This document shows, in pieces, positions 25,078-38,368 of a stretch of DNA of 64,000 nt; the stretch's first letter is position 1; each line of letters begins with the position of its first letter. The stretch comes from Pholidichthys leucotaenia (lineage: Eukaryota): contig CM035843.1 of the NCBI GenBank assembly GCA_020510985.1, forward strand, positions 157,123,922 to 157,187,921, given 5' to 3'. Both the position numbers and the translations under genes were made by a program. The notes below the pieces were generated by a model that worked only from the letters and a program-made list of their open reading frames with translations, was not told the origin of the DNA and ran no database searches.

Positions 25078-25208
25078 TATACAAGTGCTACACATTTGAT
25101 TCTCCTGTATCCACGATCAAAAATAATGGATTTAATGGAATTTCATGGACTTTGAGTTGGAGGTGCTCCTGAAGGAGGTAGAGGTGCTTAAAAACATCTT
25201 ATTTGAGG
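25078..25208 (-). repeat. Repeat R, distal copy, segment between the Tc1 and the L1 copy A insertion
   Basis: Reverse complement matches 490-620. Confidence 0.7.
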
Positions 25209-25361
25209 ACTTCTGGTTATGGCGGCCACGTAGGAAGACGTGTTTTGCCCTGCTCTGCTCCTAAAGATAAAAAGTCGGCAAATAACTCTCTCATTTGGAA
25301 CAAAGCCTATCCCAGCGTTTGGGCGAGGATATGCCGGTAAAGCCTAAGTCTGGGAAATCAG

Positions 25362-26219
25362 GTGGAGGGAAAAACTGAACCGCCGAAACAGTCCAAGTTA
25401 ACGGACTTTCACGTTCGTGATGGAGCAGAAAAATCTTCAGATATGGCGGAGCAAGCTAGTGGCGGAGCGGTGACTGCTGGCGACGGCACAGGTGCGGTGC
25501 TCGCTGCCATTAGCTCAATGAGAGCAGACTTTTCCGCTAAATTTGATGGGATTATAGCAGCGATAGAAGGAAAGAGAAAGGAAATAAGTGACTGTATGGA
25601 ACGAGTAACGCAGGTGGAGCTCCGAATTTCCAGCGTTGAGGATGACGTCACCAGCCTACAATTAAAGGTGCGCACATTGGAATTAAAAAATAAACGTCTG
25701 GAAGATAATGTCCTGGACTTAGAATCCCGGTCGAGATGGAACAACCTGAGGCTGGTGGGTCTCCCGGAGGGAACCGAGGGTCGGGACCCATGTTCCTTTT
25801 TGGAAAAGTGGATTCCAGAAGCGCTGAACAACGCGGAGCTGCAGTCATCAGTCGTTTTAGAGAGCGCCCATCGAATTGGCCCACCGAGAGATAATAAGGC
25901 ACCACCAAGGACGCTGATTATGAAGTTCCTCAGCTACAGAGACAAGATGACGATCTCCAACGCGGCGCGAGCCAAAGGAGAAATTAAATACCAGGATCAA
26001 CAGGTGCGGTTCTACCCAGATTTGGCCACAGGAATCCAACATTTAAGGAAACAGTTTGACCCCGCCCGTAAAGTGCTGCACAGCCTCGGGACTCCTCATG
26101 GAGTGATTCATCCTGCAAGATTGCTGGTCACATATAAGGGCAGAACTCACACCTTCAAGACCCCTGAGGAGGCGCAGGAGCTCATCAAGCAGATCCAAGA
26201 GGAGACTGGTGGGAGCTAA
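25362..26219 (+). CDS. L1 ORF1p, copy A (coiled coil, RRM, C-terminal domain), 285 aa, uninterrupted
   Basis: 'NNLRLVGLPEGTEGRDPCSFLEKWIPEAL...LESAHRIGPP...PRTLIMKFLSYRDKMTISNAARAKGEIKYQDQQVRFYPDLA...HPARLLVTYKGRTHTFKTPEEAQELIK' is the Transposase_22/L1 ORF1 architecture. Confidence 0.8.
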   Translation: MEGKTEPPKQSKLTDFHVRDGAEKSSDMAEQASGGAVTAGDGTGAVLAAISSMRADFSAKFDGIIAAIEGKRKEISDCMERVTQVELRISSVEDDVTSLQLKVRTLELKNKRLEDNVLDLESRSRWNNLRLVGLPEGTEGRDPCSFLEKWIPEALNNAELQSSVVLESAHRIGPPRDNKAPPRTLIMKFLSYRDKMTISNAARAKGEIKYQDQQVRFYPDLATGIQHLRKQFDPARKVLHSLGTPHGVIHPARLLVTYKGRTHTFKTPEEAQELIKQIQEETGGS

Positions 26220-26656
26220 GCATGAAGCATGAATAAAATATAAGGTAGAATATTTAAGCATTTGCACAGGCATCTGACTGCTCTGAAGCATATAGCAAGT
26301 TTACAAAATATAGATTGTATTATATATTAAAAAAAAACCTATGATGTACAAAGTTGCTATAAAATTTTGGAGTTAAGTTGGAAAAGTACAGAAGAGAGTT
26401 AATGTTACGTCATTAAAAGCAGTAGAGTCAGGGTGATTGAGAGGATAAAGAGGGAGTGGCTTTGGCTGGTCCTCGCGGGTGTGGAGCAGTCAATGGCTAT
26501 AGCGGGAGACAGAATTTTTTTTGATTTTGGGGGGATTACCACAAATGTGGGAAGGGGGAATTTGTTTGTGTGTAGTTTGTAGGATGAATGTTCAACCACT
26601 CATGTTTTTGCTTCTCTGTATGAAAATGTTTACATTGCAAGGTAATCTCAAACTCC

Positions 26657-29600
26657 TTGTTGATCATAGACCAAAGCGTTAATCTTAATTTAACTTCATG
26701 GAATTGCAGAGGTCTACAAAATTTAAAAAAACTTAAACAAGTTATGAATAAAATAAAAGACATAGGTTCAAAAATTGTGTTTTTACAAGAAACTCATCTA
26801 ATAGAGGAGGATGTAAAAAGAATTAGGAGAAGATGGCAAGGAAGTGTATTCACCTCATCATTTTCATCCCGAGCCAGGGAAGTTATGACTCTCATACATA
26901 AATCAATCCCATTTCAAGTGAAAAATGTAATTGGAGACAAATTTGGAAGATATCTAATCATTCAAGGATCTTTGTTATTAGAAAATATAAATCTGGTGAA
27001 CTTATACGGTCCCAATATAGATGATCAAAATTTCTTTGCTAATTTATTTCTTATTTTATCATCACTTACAGGGCAACATATAATAGCAGGGGATTTTAAT
27101 TGTGCATCGAATCCCAGTATAGATAGATCAACAGGACTGGACTGTACGCACAATGGATGCAGGATGATCATTAATCATTTTATGAAAGAATTGAGATTGC
27201 TAGATATATGGAGAGAAATGAAACCACAAGTTAAAACCTACTCTTGTTATTCTAATACCTACAAGACATTCTCACCTATTGACTATTTTTGATCTCCACA
27301 GAATTAAGGTCCAAGATTCAAAACTGCTTCTATGATAATATTGTGATCTCTGATCATGCACCCTGCTGTCTAATCTATGTAGATAAGAAATTGACAAAGG
27401 AACCAGGTAGGTGGCAATTTCAGCATAAATGGCTCAGGATGAGGAATTATGTTAAGTACATAGAAAAACAGATGAGTTTTTTTGATATCAGATACTACAC
27501 AAACATCTGCATGTATAAAGTGGGAGGCTTTCAAAGCTTTAATTGGGGGCCTATTATTAGTTATACAGGTTCAAAATCTAAGAAGACTCGAGAGGGAGAG
27601 AGGTCCAATTGGAACATAAAATCAAAATTCTTCAAGAAAAAGTGTATGCAGGAAGTGACCCAAAGTTAGAGAACGAATTACTGATTCTGAGATCTGAATC
27701 ATGTACAAAAAATCAGCGACTAGAGCTGCCTCGAGTCTTCTAAGATTGAAGCAATCTTTTTATGAACAAGGTGAAAAATCAGGAAAATTATTGGCATGAC
27801 AGATTAAACAATTAGAATTTAAAACACCAATTACCACTATTATAAGTAATGGACAGGCAGTTGTAGATCCTTTAGAAATTAATAGTGCCTTTAGAGATTA
27901 CTATGAAAAATTATATGATACAAAAAAATGAAAACTGACTTAACAAAACTAATGGGTTTTTAGACGGATTATCTATACCGTGAATCCTAATGAAAACAGG
28001 GAGACACTGAGTCTAAAAATTAGTCAAGAAGAAGTTGGGCTAGCCATTGATAATAATGAAATCAGGAAAAAGTGCAGGACCAGATGGTCTTCCAGTTGAC
28101 CTCTATAAAAAATTTAAGAATAAATTAATAAAACCATTTTTGGAAATGGTTTTAGAAGCATTTCAAAATAGTAATTTACCACCATACATGAATAATGCCC
28201 TTAATTATACTGTTGCCAAACAGAGTAAACCCTCTAATAATGTGAAAAATATGAGACCCAGTAAGTCTATTAAATGCTGACCTTAAGATAATCTGTAAAA
28301 TTTTGGCAAGACGACTACAAGAAATATTACCAAATATTATTAACCGAGATCAGAATGGCTTTATAAAGAGGGGTAGCACTGTCCTGGTAAGAAGTTACTT
28401 AAAGAATAGATATCAGTTTGTATGTGTTAAACAACAAAAACTCAGAGCTACTGAAGGTCACCTGTGGAGTCCCCACAGGGTTCAGTTTTGGGACCATTAT
28501 TATTCAATATGTATATAAACTGATATATGTAAAGTTTCAGAAAAATGGACTTAATATTGTTTGCTGATGACACTAACCTGCTATGCAGTGGAAACAACTT
28601 GGAACAACTTTCTGGATACCACTCGGAAAAGGAATTAGGAAAGCTGAAACTGTGGTTTGATTCGAACAAAATAACGCTCAATTTAAGCAAGACAAAATTT
28701 ATAGTCTTTAACAACCATCACAACTACCCAGTACCCCAAACTCAGTGTAAATGGTTGTAGAGATTGAAAGGGTATCCGAAACTAAATTCCTTGGAGTAAT
28801 AATTGATAACAAACTGTGTTGGAAGCCACATATTAATTTATAAAAGGTAAAGTATCCAAATCACTTGCAATATTACACAGAGTGAAAAATTTGCTGAATC
28901 AACCCACACTATACCACCTTGTATCAATCATTAATACTCCCATACATGACATTTTGTAATGAAGTATGGGGAAAACATATAAAAACAAACATATATCCCA
29001 CTCTTTAATGCTTCAAAGAGAGCTATTAGAATAATAAACAAAGCAGCTTACAGGGAACCAACAAACCCACTTTTTCTTAACAAAAAACTCTCAAGTTGAA
29101 AGATCTGATCGACTTTAAAACCGCAATAATAATGTTCAAAGTGAAGAATCTATCACTGCCCGCAAATATCCAAAGTTGTTCCAAACAAGGGAGAAACGAT
29201 ATCACTTCAGAGGAACATGGTATATTTCAAAAGCTACAGTGAGAACAACTACCCACAAGCAACATTGTATTTCAGTGCAAGGTGTTCACGATTATGGAAC
29301 GATTTTGGACCTGAATTAAAATCATGTACAAAGCTTGGACAATTTAAACAAAAACTAAAGGAAGAAATACTCCAAACATATTTACAAGACGACATGTAAA
29401 CTCACATAAGGATTGACATTTCAGCCTGTGTTGTGTTATAGCTTAGTTTTTCTTTTTTCTCTGTGACACTATGTCTTAGATTTGTTTTTGAATAGTAACC
29501 GCTTAACTTAGACTAGCTCAGTTTTCTTTTTCTCTCAGTCATATTTTGTCTTAGCCTTGTTTTAAATTGTAATCGCTCTTGTCTTGTTTTCCTCTTTTTT

Positions 29601-31685
29601 CTCCTTTGAATTCTTGGATGGAATATGGGTGGGCAATATAAGCTGCGGCTTCAGCCATCACCCATTTCGGATAACTCACGTGGAATTGTATAGTAGAAGG
29701 AGTCTTTGTCTAATTTGACCTTGTTGTTATATTATACAGTTTCTTTTAACCTGTAATGTACTATCCGAAATAAATTCATTCATTCATTCATTCATTTCAT
29801 TCATTCATCATAAAGGGAAGACAAGGCTTCCATAATGTAAGAAGACTATTTAATATTATCTATTCTAATAAAGAAGCACCGGATACAGCTCTCCTATCAT
29901 TGGACGCCGAAAAGGCCTTTGATAGGGTCGAATGGCCCTTCCTTTTTGAAGTCTTACAAAGGTTTGGACTTGGAAATAATTTCATAAAATGGGTTCAGAT
30001 AATATACAATAATGCTACAGCAGAAATCCTAACAAACAGCAATATTTCAAAATCAATAAATATCAATAGAGGATGTCGACAAGGCCTGTCCACTTTCACC
30101 TTTACTGTTTACTATGGCAATTGAACCTTTAGCGATGGCAGTACGTTTACATCCACAATTATATGGAATTAAAGTAGGACCAACAGAACATAAAATCTCC
30201 CTGTATGCTGACGACATAATTTTGTTTATGTCGAATCTTAAAAAAATCAATTCCGACCTTGTTGAATTTAATAAAGAATTTTGGGGAAATATCAGGATAT
30301 AAAATAAATAAAACTAAATCTTCAATATTAATGCTAAATGAGACCCAGAGAAATCACCCAGCTCCTGAGGTAAATCAATTCAATGTTGTAAATCAGTTTA
30401 AATATTTAGGAATTCAAATTGTGCCTAAGCTAGAATTAGTCGCCAGTGCCAATTATGAAGCCTTAATGACAGACATTAATGAGTTACTTCAGAGATGGAT
30501 GTCACTACCAATGTCGACGATTGGGAGAATCAATATACTTAAAAGTAATATCTTACCCAAAATACTTTATTCAATACATTCCTTTACCACCACCTTCAGA
30601 TCTATTCTCAAGAATTAAAAAAAAAGTTAGTGGAATTTATATGGAACAATAGGAAGGCTAGATTGCGTCTGTCCTTACTATATTTACCATTTGATCGTGG
30701 AGGTCTGAAATGTCCAAACTTTATGTTGTATTACTGGTCAGCACAACTGAGGTCTATGACATATTATTTTTCATCAAATGATCTCCCTCACTGGACTGAA
30801 ATGGAATCATACAATTTACCTTTACCTCTTCCCATATTCATATACTCAGACTCGGCAAAAAAATTACAGAAACAAGTTAAAAATCCATTTGTAAAGCATA
30901 TGATCAAATATGGGTGTGAAACCGAAAAATATTTATAAGAACCACACTTATTGTCACAATTTAGCCCAATATGGGGTAATCAATATTTTAAACCAGGGAA
31001 AGCGGATGCTGTGTTTAAAGTATGGAATTTAAAAGGGATTCAAAAGATTCAAGAGACTTATATCTGTCATGTTCAATAACATAATGTCTTTTTGAAGAAC
31101 TGAGGATCAAATTTAATCTTAATAGAACACATTTTTTTAAAATATCTTCAGCTTAGGAACTTTAGTCGATCAAATCAAAATAATGCTCTCATCCGACCTA
31201 CTTATTCATCCTTGGAAAAAATTTTGACGAAAGATAGTAAGAGAAAGGGTATTATTTCAGAGTTTTATAACTCAATTGACACTATCCTCAAGTGAAAACT
31301 CACAGAAAAGATTGAATTATTGGAAAGAAGACCTGCAAACTGAAATTTCAGAGGAACAATGGGAATTGGTTTGTACAGAAGCTCAAACCAAATCAATAAA
31401 TGTACGTCTTAAATTGATACATTTTAAATGGTTAATGTGGATATATGTTACACCGGTGGAGTTAAATAGATATAACAAAAACATACCAGATACATGCACA
31501 AAATGTATGGAAAGTAAAGGAACCTTATTTCATTGTTTATGGGAATGTAGAAAAATTAGAATGTTTTGGGAAGAGGTGAGGGTAACAATTGAAAAAATAA
31601 TTTCAAAACAAATCATGTTGAATCCTAAATTGTTTTTGTTGGGTCTGCATCCAGAAAAGCATAACTTTGATAAAAGTGAAAGAGC
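26657..31685 (+). pseudogene. L1 ORF2 of copy A (APE endonuclease plus RT), split by frameshifts and a nested LINE
   Basis: Endonuclease 'LTSWNCRGLQN...VFLQETHL...IAGDFNC...SDHAP' (26657-27400). RT start 'GPDGLPVDLYKKF...[12 protein letters not shown]' (28047-28330). RT resumes at 29813 '[10 protein letters not shown]...[14 protein letters not shown]...YADDIILF'. C-terminal cysteine domain 'CTKCMESKGTLFHCLWECRKIRMFW' (about 31490-31580). Confidence 0.8.
28373..29812 (+). mobile_element. CR1/Rex-like LINE 3' fragment nested inside the L1 copy A RT
   Basis: Splits the L1 RT between 'GFIK' and 'GRQGFHN'. That junction is uninterrupted in copy B (about 34895) and copy C (about 59725). Carries RT '[17 protein letters not shown]', 'ILFADDTNLLCSG', a 3'UTR and an (attc/tcat)n tail at 29776-29810. 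Flanking 'aaag' direct repeat. Confidence 0.75.
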
Positions 31686-34600
31686 GACTTCCGGTTATGG
31701 CTGCCACGTAGGACGGACGTGTCTCGCTCTGCTCTGCTCCTGGAAAAAAAAAAATCGGCAAATAACTCTCTCATTTGGGACAGAACGTATCCCAGCATTT
31801 GGGCGAGGATATGTCGGCGAAGCCTAAGGCTGGAAAACCAGGAAAAGGAAAAAGCGAGCCGCCGAAACAGTCCAAATTAACGGACTTTCAGGTCTGTGAC
31901 GCAGCAAACAAGGCTCCATATATGGCGGAGGAGGCTGGCGGCGGTGCGATTTCTGCGGGGAATGGCGCAGATGCGCTGATGGCTGCCATGAGTTCAATGA
32001 GAGCGGACTTTCCTCTAGATTTGATGGGATTATGACAGCGCTGGAAGGAATAAGAAAGGAATTGGGTGACTGTGTAGAACGAACGGCGCAGATGGAGCTC
32101 CGTCTCGCTTGTGCTGAAGATGACGTCACCCGTCTTCAATTAAAGGTGCGCACTTTGGAAAAAAAAAATAAATCTCTGGAAGATAATATTTTGGATTTGG
32201 AATCTCGGTCGAGACAGAATAATTTGAGGCTGGTGGGTCTTCCAGAGGAATCAGAAGGTCGGGACGTATGTTCCTTTCTGAAAAGTGGATTCCGGAGGTG
32301 CTGGGCAGCGAGGAGTTGCAATCAGCAGTGGTTCTGGAAAAAGCACATCGTATTGGCCCACGGAGAGATAAGGGACCGCCGAGGACCTTAATTATGAAGT
32401 TTCTTAGCAACAGAGACAGGATGAAGATCTTCAACGCTGCACGTGCTAAAGGAGAGATTAAACACCAGGACCAGCAGGTGCGGTTCTACCCAGATTTGGC
32501 CACAGGAATCCAGCAATTGAGGAAGCAGTTTGATCCCATACGTAAGGAGCTGCGCAACCTTGGGATTCGTCATGGTGTAATCTATCCTGCGAGACTGCTG
32601 ACCACGTATGAGGGCAGAACCCACATCTTCAAGACCCCAGAGGAGGCGCAGGAGTTCATCAAGAAGATCAAAGAAGAAGAAGAGACTGGTGGGAGCTAAG
32701 CATGAACAAAATATAAGGTAGAATAATTAAGCATTTGCACAGGCATCTGACTGACTTGAAGTAAATAGTAAGTTTACAAAATATAGATGTATTATATATT
32801 AAAAAAAAACAAAACAAAAACAAAACAAACAAAAAAAAAAACTATGATGTACAAAGTTGTTAAAAATTTAAAAAAAAAACTATGATGTACAAAGTTGTTA
32901 AAAATTTTGGAGTTAAGTTGGAAAACTACAGAGGAGAGTTAATGTTACGTCATTAAAAGCAGTAGAGTTAGGGTGATTGGGGAGGATGAAGAAGGAGTGG
33001 CTTAGGCTGTTCCCCGTGGGTGTGGAACGGTCGATGGCTATATCGGGAGACAGAATTTTTCTTTTGATTTTGGGGGGTTTGCCACAAGTGTGGGAAGGGG
33101 AAATTTGTTTGTGTGTAGTTTGTAGGATGAATGTTCAACCACTCATGTTTTTGCTTCTCTGTATGAGCATGTTTACACTGCAAGGTAATCCCAAACTCTC
33201 TATTGATCATGGACCAAAGTGTTAACCTTAATTTAACTTCATGGAATTGCAGAGGTCTACAAAATTTAAAAAACTTAAACAAGTTATGAATAAAATAAAG
33301 GACATGGGTTCAAGAATTGTGTTTTTACAAGAAACTCATCTGATAGAGGAGGATGTTAAAAGAATTAGGAGTAGATGGCAGGGAAGTGTATTCACCTCTT
33401 CATTTCATCCCGAGCCAGGGGAGTTATGACTCTCATACATAAATCAGTTCCTTTTCAAGTGAAAAATGTAATTGGAGACAAATTTGGAAGATATGTAATC
33501 ATTCAAGGTTCTTTGCTATTAGAAATATAAATCTTGTGAACTTATATGGTCCCAATATAGATGATCAGAAGTTCTTTGCTAATTTATTTCTCATCTTATC
33601 ATCACTTACAGGGCAACATATAATAGCAGGGGATTTAATTGTACATTGAATCCAGGTGTGGATAGATCAACAGGACTGGATTGTACGCACATTGGATGTA
33701 GGATGACTATTAATCATTTATGAAAGAATTGAGATTGTTAGATATATGGAGAGAAATGAAACCACAAGTTAAAGCCTATCTTGTTATTCCAGTACCTACA
33801 AGACATTCTCACGTATTGATTATTTTTTGATTTCCACAGAATTAAGGTCCAAGATTCAAAACTGCTTTTATGATAACATCGTGATCTCTGATCATGCACC
33901 CTGTTGTCTATATATGTAAGATAAAAAATTGACAAAGGAATCAGGTAGATGGCAATTTCAGCATAAATGGCTTCAGGATGAGGAATTTGTCAAGTATATA
34001 GAAAAACAGATAGACGAGTTCTTTGACATCAATACTACACAAACATCAGCATGTGTAAAGTGGGAGGCTTTCAAAGCTTTTATTAGGGGACATATTATTA
34101 GTTATACAGGATCAAAATCTAAGAAGACTCGAGAGGAGAGAGCTAAATTGGAACATAAAATAAAAAATCTTCAGGAAAAAGTGTATGCAGGAAGTGACCC
34201 AAGGTTGGAGAATGAATTACTGATTTTGAGAGCTGAATACGACAAAAAATCAGCGAATAGAGCTGGCCTCGAGTCTTCTAAGATTGAAACAATCTTTTTA
34301 TGAAACAAGGTGAAAAATCAGGAAAATTAATAGCATGGCAGATTTAAAACAATTGGAAATTAATACACCAATTACCAGTAGTATAAGTATGGACAGTAGT
34401 TATAGATCCTTTAGAAATTAATAGAGCCTTTAGAGATTACTATGAAAAATTATATGATACCAAAAATGAACTGATTTAACAAAACTAAATGGGTTTTGAA
34501 CGAACTATCTATACGTGTATTCCAACTGAAAACAGGGAGATATTGGAGTCTAAAATTAGTCAAGAAGAAGTTGGGCTAGCCATTGATAATAGAAATCAGA

Positions 34601-37220
34601 AAAAGTGCAGGACCAGATGGTCTTCCAGTTGACCTTTATAAAAAATTTAAGAATAAATTAATAAAAACCTTTTTTGGAAATGGTTTTAGAAGCATTTCAA
34701 AATAATAATTTACCATCATACAGAAATAATGCCTTAATTATACTGCTGCCAAAAACCAGGTAAGCCCTCTAATAAATGTGAAAATATGAGACCAATAAGC
34801 CTATTAAACGCCGACCTTAAGATAATCTGTAAAATTTTAGCAAGACGAATACAAAAATTTTACCAAATATTATTAATCGAGATCAGAATGGCTTTATAAA
34901 GGGTAGACAAGGCTTCCATAATGTAGAAGACTATTTAACTATATTTATTTTAATAAAGAAGCACCGGATACAGCTCTCCTATCATCGGGATGCCGAAAAG
35001 GCCTTTGATAGAGTTGAATGGCCCTTTCTTTGAAGTCTACAAGGTTTGGACTTGGAAATAATTTCATAAAATGGGTTCAAATACTATACAATAATGCTAC
35101 AGCAGAAATCCTAACAAATAACAATATTTCAAAACAATAAAAATCATAGAGGATGTCGACAAGGCTGTCAACTTTCACCTTTACTGTTTACTATGGCAAT
35201 TGAACCTTAGCGATAGCGATACGTTTACATTCACAAATATAGGAATTAAAGTTGACCAACAGAACATAAAATCTCCCTGTACGCCGATGACATTAATTTT
35301 GTTTATGTCGAATCTAAAAAAATCAATTCCAACCTTGTTGAATTTAATAAAGAATTTTGGGGAAATATCAGGATATAAAATAAATAAAACTAAATCTTCA
35401 ATATTAATGCTAAATGAGACCCAGAGAAATTACCCAGCCCTGAGGTAAATCAATTCAATGTTGTAAATCAGTTTAAATATTTAGGAATCCAAATTATGCC
35501 TAAGCTAGACTCAGTCGCCAGTGTCACTATGAAGCCTTAATGTCAGATATCAAGAGTTAACTCAGAGATGGATGTCACTACCAATGTCGATGATCGGGAG
35601 AATCAATATACTTAAAAGTAATATTTTACCTAAAATACTTTATTTATTTCAATACATTCCCTTATCACCACCCTTAGATCTATTCTCAAGAATAAAAAAA
35701 GTTAGTGGAATTTATATGGAACAACAGGAGGGCTAGATACGTTTGTCTTTATTATATTTACCATTTGATCGTGGAGGTCTGAAATGTCCAAATTTTATGT
35801 TGTATTATTGGTCGGCACAACTGAGGTCTATGACATATTATTTTTCATCAAATGATCTCCCTCACTGGACTGAAATGGAATCATACAATTTACCTTTACC
35901 TCTTCCCATATTCATATACTCAGATTCGGCAAAAAAATTACAAAAACAAGTTAAAAATCCATTTGTAAAGCCTATGATCAAAATATGGTGTGAAGCTAAA
36001 AACTATTTAAAAGAACCACAGTTATTGTCACAATTTAGTCCAATATGGGGTAACTCAATATTTTAAACCAGGGAGAGCGGACGCTGTATTTAAAGTATGG
36101 AATTTAAAAGGGATACAAAAGATTCAGGATTTAATTGCCATGTGCAGACAACATAATGTCTTTTGAAGAGCTGAGGATCAAATTTAATCTCAATAGAACA
36201 CATTTTTTTAAATATCTTCAACTTAGAAACTTTATTCGATCAAATCAAAATAAAGCTCTCACTCGACCTATTTATTCATCCTTGGAAAAAATGATGATGA
36301 AAGATAGTAAAGAAAGGGTATTATTTCAGAGTTTTATAACTCACTGACACTATCTTCAAGTGAAAATTCACTGAAAAGATTAAACTACTGGAAAGAAGAT
36401 CTGCAAATTGAAATTTCAGAGGAACAATGGGAATTGGCTTGTACAGAAGCTCAAACCAAATCAATAAATGCAACGCCTTAAATTGATACATTTCAAATGG
36501 TTAATGACGGATGTATGTTACACCGGAGGAGTTAAATAGATATAACAAAAATATACCAGATACATGCACAAAATGCATGGAAAGTAAAGGAACCCTATTT
36601 CATTGTTTATGGGAATGTAGATTAATAAGAATGTTTTGGGAAGAGGTGAGGGTAACAATTGAAAAATAATCTCAAAACAAATCATATGAATCCTAAACTG
36701 TTTTTGTTGGGTCTGTACCCAGAAAAGCATAATTTAATAAAAGTGAAAGAACATTCATAGACCTCAGTTTGCTTAATGCCAAAAAATGTATTGCACTATT
36801 ATGGAAAAAGACTCATAGACCAGATGTGACTCAGTGGTTAAGACAGATGTTAACAAAACCTTCCATTAGAAAGAATAACATATATACTAAAATCAAAGGA
36901 AATTGTGTTTGAGAATATATGGAGACCTTTTATTGATTATGTAAAAAATTAAACATAACCCTCTGAAGAAGAAGGTGAATGATGTGTGTGGACCTTGTAA
37001 ATTCAAACTGGTGAACATAATATGTATACTTATGTATTGGATTGTCTAACCTAAACAGAGGAGCCATTGTTGAAGACTTGACTTTGTTGAGTGGTTGTTG
37101 GTGTTTTTAGTGCATTTTTTTTTTTTATTTGTAGTACTTTAGTGTTAGTGTTTGATTGTTTGTATCATGTTTGTTTAAAAAAAAAAAAAAGGTTCAATAA
37201 AGATATGTGGAAAAAAAAAA
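31686..37220 (+). mobile_element. L1-clade LINE copy B, full length but decayed, nested in the 3' region of copy A
   Basis: 10-bp target-site duplication 'gtgaaagagc' at 31676-31685 and 37221-37230. 5' start 'gacttccggttatggctgcc'. Poly-A at 37185-37220. ORF1 (31775-32699) has 2 frameshifts; ORF2 (33241-about 36960) is in many fragments. Confidence 0.8.
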
Positions 37221-38368
37221 GTGAAAGAGCATTCATAGACCCTCAGTTTGCTTAATGCCAAAAAATGTATTGCACTATTATGGAAAAAGACTCATACGAC
37301 CAGATGTGACTCAGTGATTAAGACAGATGTTAACAAACCTTCCACTCGAAAGAATAACATACATACTGAAATCAAAGGAAATTGTGTTTGAGAATATATG
37401 GAGACCTTTCATTGATTATGTAAAGAATTTAAACATAACTTTTGAAGAAGAAGGTGAATGATGTGTGTGGACCTTGTAAATTCCAAACTGGTGAATGTAT
37501 AAGACTCAGAAAGGATTTATTGCCAAGTACATTAAACAGTAAACAACTGATAACATAGGGGGATTGACTTGACACAGAAAACGACCAGCATTACCGGTGA
37601 CGTGGCAGCCATCTGAAAAACGCGCCTGTCATCAGATGGGTACAGGATGCATAGGGAAGAAGGATAACACAATAGGAAAGAGCCAAAAACCATTGATTGT
37701 CAGAATACCGGTCATATATGATCAATATTATGATTACAAGAAAAAAAGCCCTCAATGCACAATTAGCAGACAAGAATGTACACAAAGACACAAAGGGAGC
37801 AGTGAGTGAATGATCTTTTTCATCAGTATATTTGAGTTCAGTGTGGGTGTAAGTGTTGAGTGTAGGTGTTTTTTGTATCAGTTAAGAACAACAAAGTCTC
37901 TTTGGCAGGAGATGTTTTGTCTTAGCGGCTGGCATTTGTCCTTGAGCCATGCAGCTGGCTGTCCGTAGAGTCAATGGAGCTCGAATGTTTTGGAAACAAA
38001 AAACTGCGATAATCTGGAGGACTTGTGTGAGGGGGGTCAGATTAGTCGAATAGTACTGATCCAGAGAAGAAGACTTAATATTCTCTTACAGAATCAGTAC
38101 TATTGTAGTAATATGTAATACCTTATGTAATGGATTGCCTAGACTAACCAGAGGAGCAGGTTCAGTACTATGTAGTAATAAGTATACTTATGTAATGGAT
38201 TGCCTAGACTAAACAGAGGAGGCATTGTTGAAGACCTGTTCTTGTTAGTGGTTGTTGGTGTCTTTAGTACTTTTTTTTTTTAAATTACTTTAGTGTTAGT
38301 GTTTGATTGTTTGTGTTATGTTTGTTAAAAAAAAAAAGGTTCAATAAAAAATATTGTGGGAAAAAAAC
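37221..38368 (+). mobile_element. L1 copy A, 3' part (ORF2 C-terminus, 3'UTR, poly-A), containing an unclassified about 580-bp insert
   Basis: Starts exactly at 'gtgaaagagcattcatagacc', where copy A was interrupted at 31685. 3'UTR end 'ggttcaataaaaaatattgtgggaaaaaaa' at 38340-38368, then the target-site duplication. Confidence 0.75.
37510..38090. other. Unclassified insert or rearrangement inside the copy A 3'UTR
   Basis: Homology to the other copies' 3'UTR breaks after 'ggtgaatgtataa' and resumes at 'tatgtaatggattgcctagac' with a local tandem duplication. No similarity to anything else in the window. Confidence 0.4.

Larger units (their letters stand above)
25209..31685 (+). mobile_element. 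L1-clade LINE copy A, 5' part (5'UTR, ORF1, ORF2 up to the cysteine-rich domain). Its 3' part resumes at 37221
   Basis: 5' start 'acttctggttatggcggccacgtagg' is homologous to the starts of copy B (31686) and copy C (56568). Flanking 11-bp target-site duplication 'catcttatttg' at 25195-25205 and 38373-38383. Confidence 0.8.

Noticed and set aside
25209-38368. Apparent head-to-tail tandem L1 dimer, possibly from recombination or an assembly artefact
   Set aside because: Both junctions of the inner element carry the same 10-bp direct repeat 'gtgaaagagc'. The outer element resumes at precisely that point. Nesting explains the structure fully.
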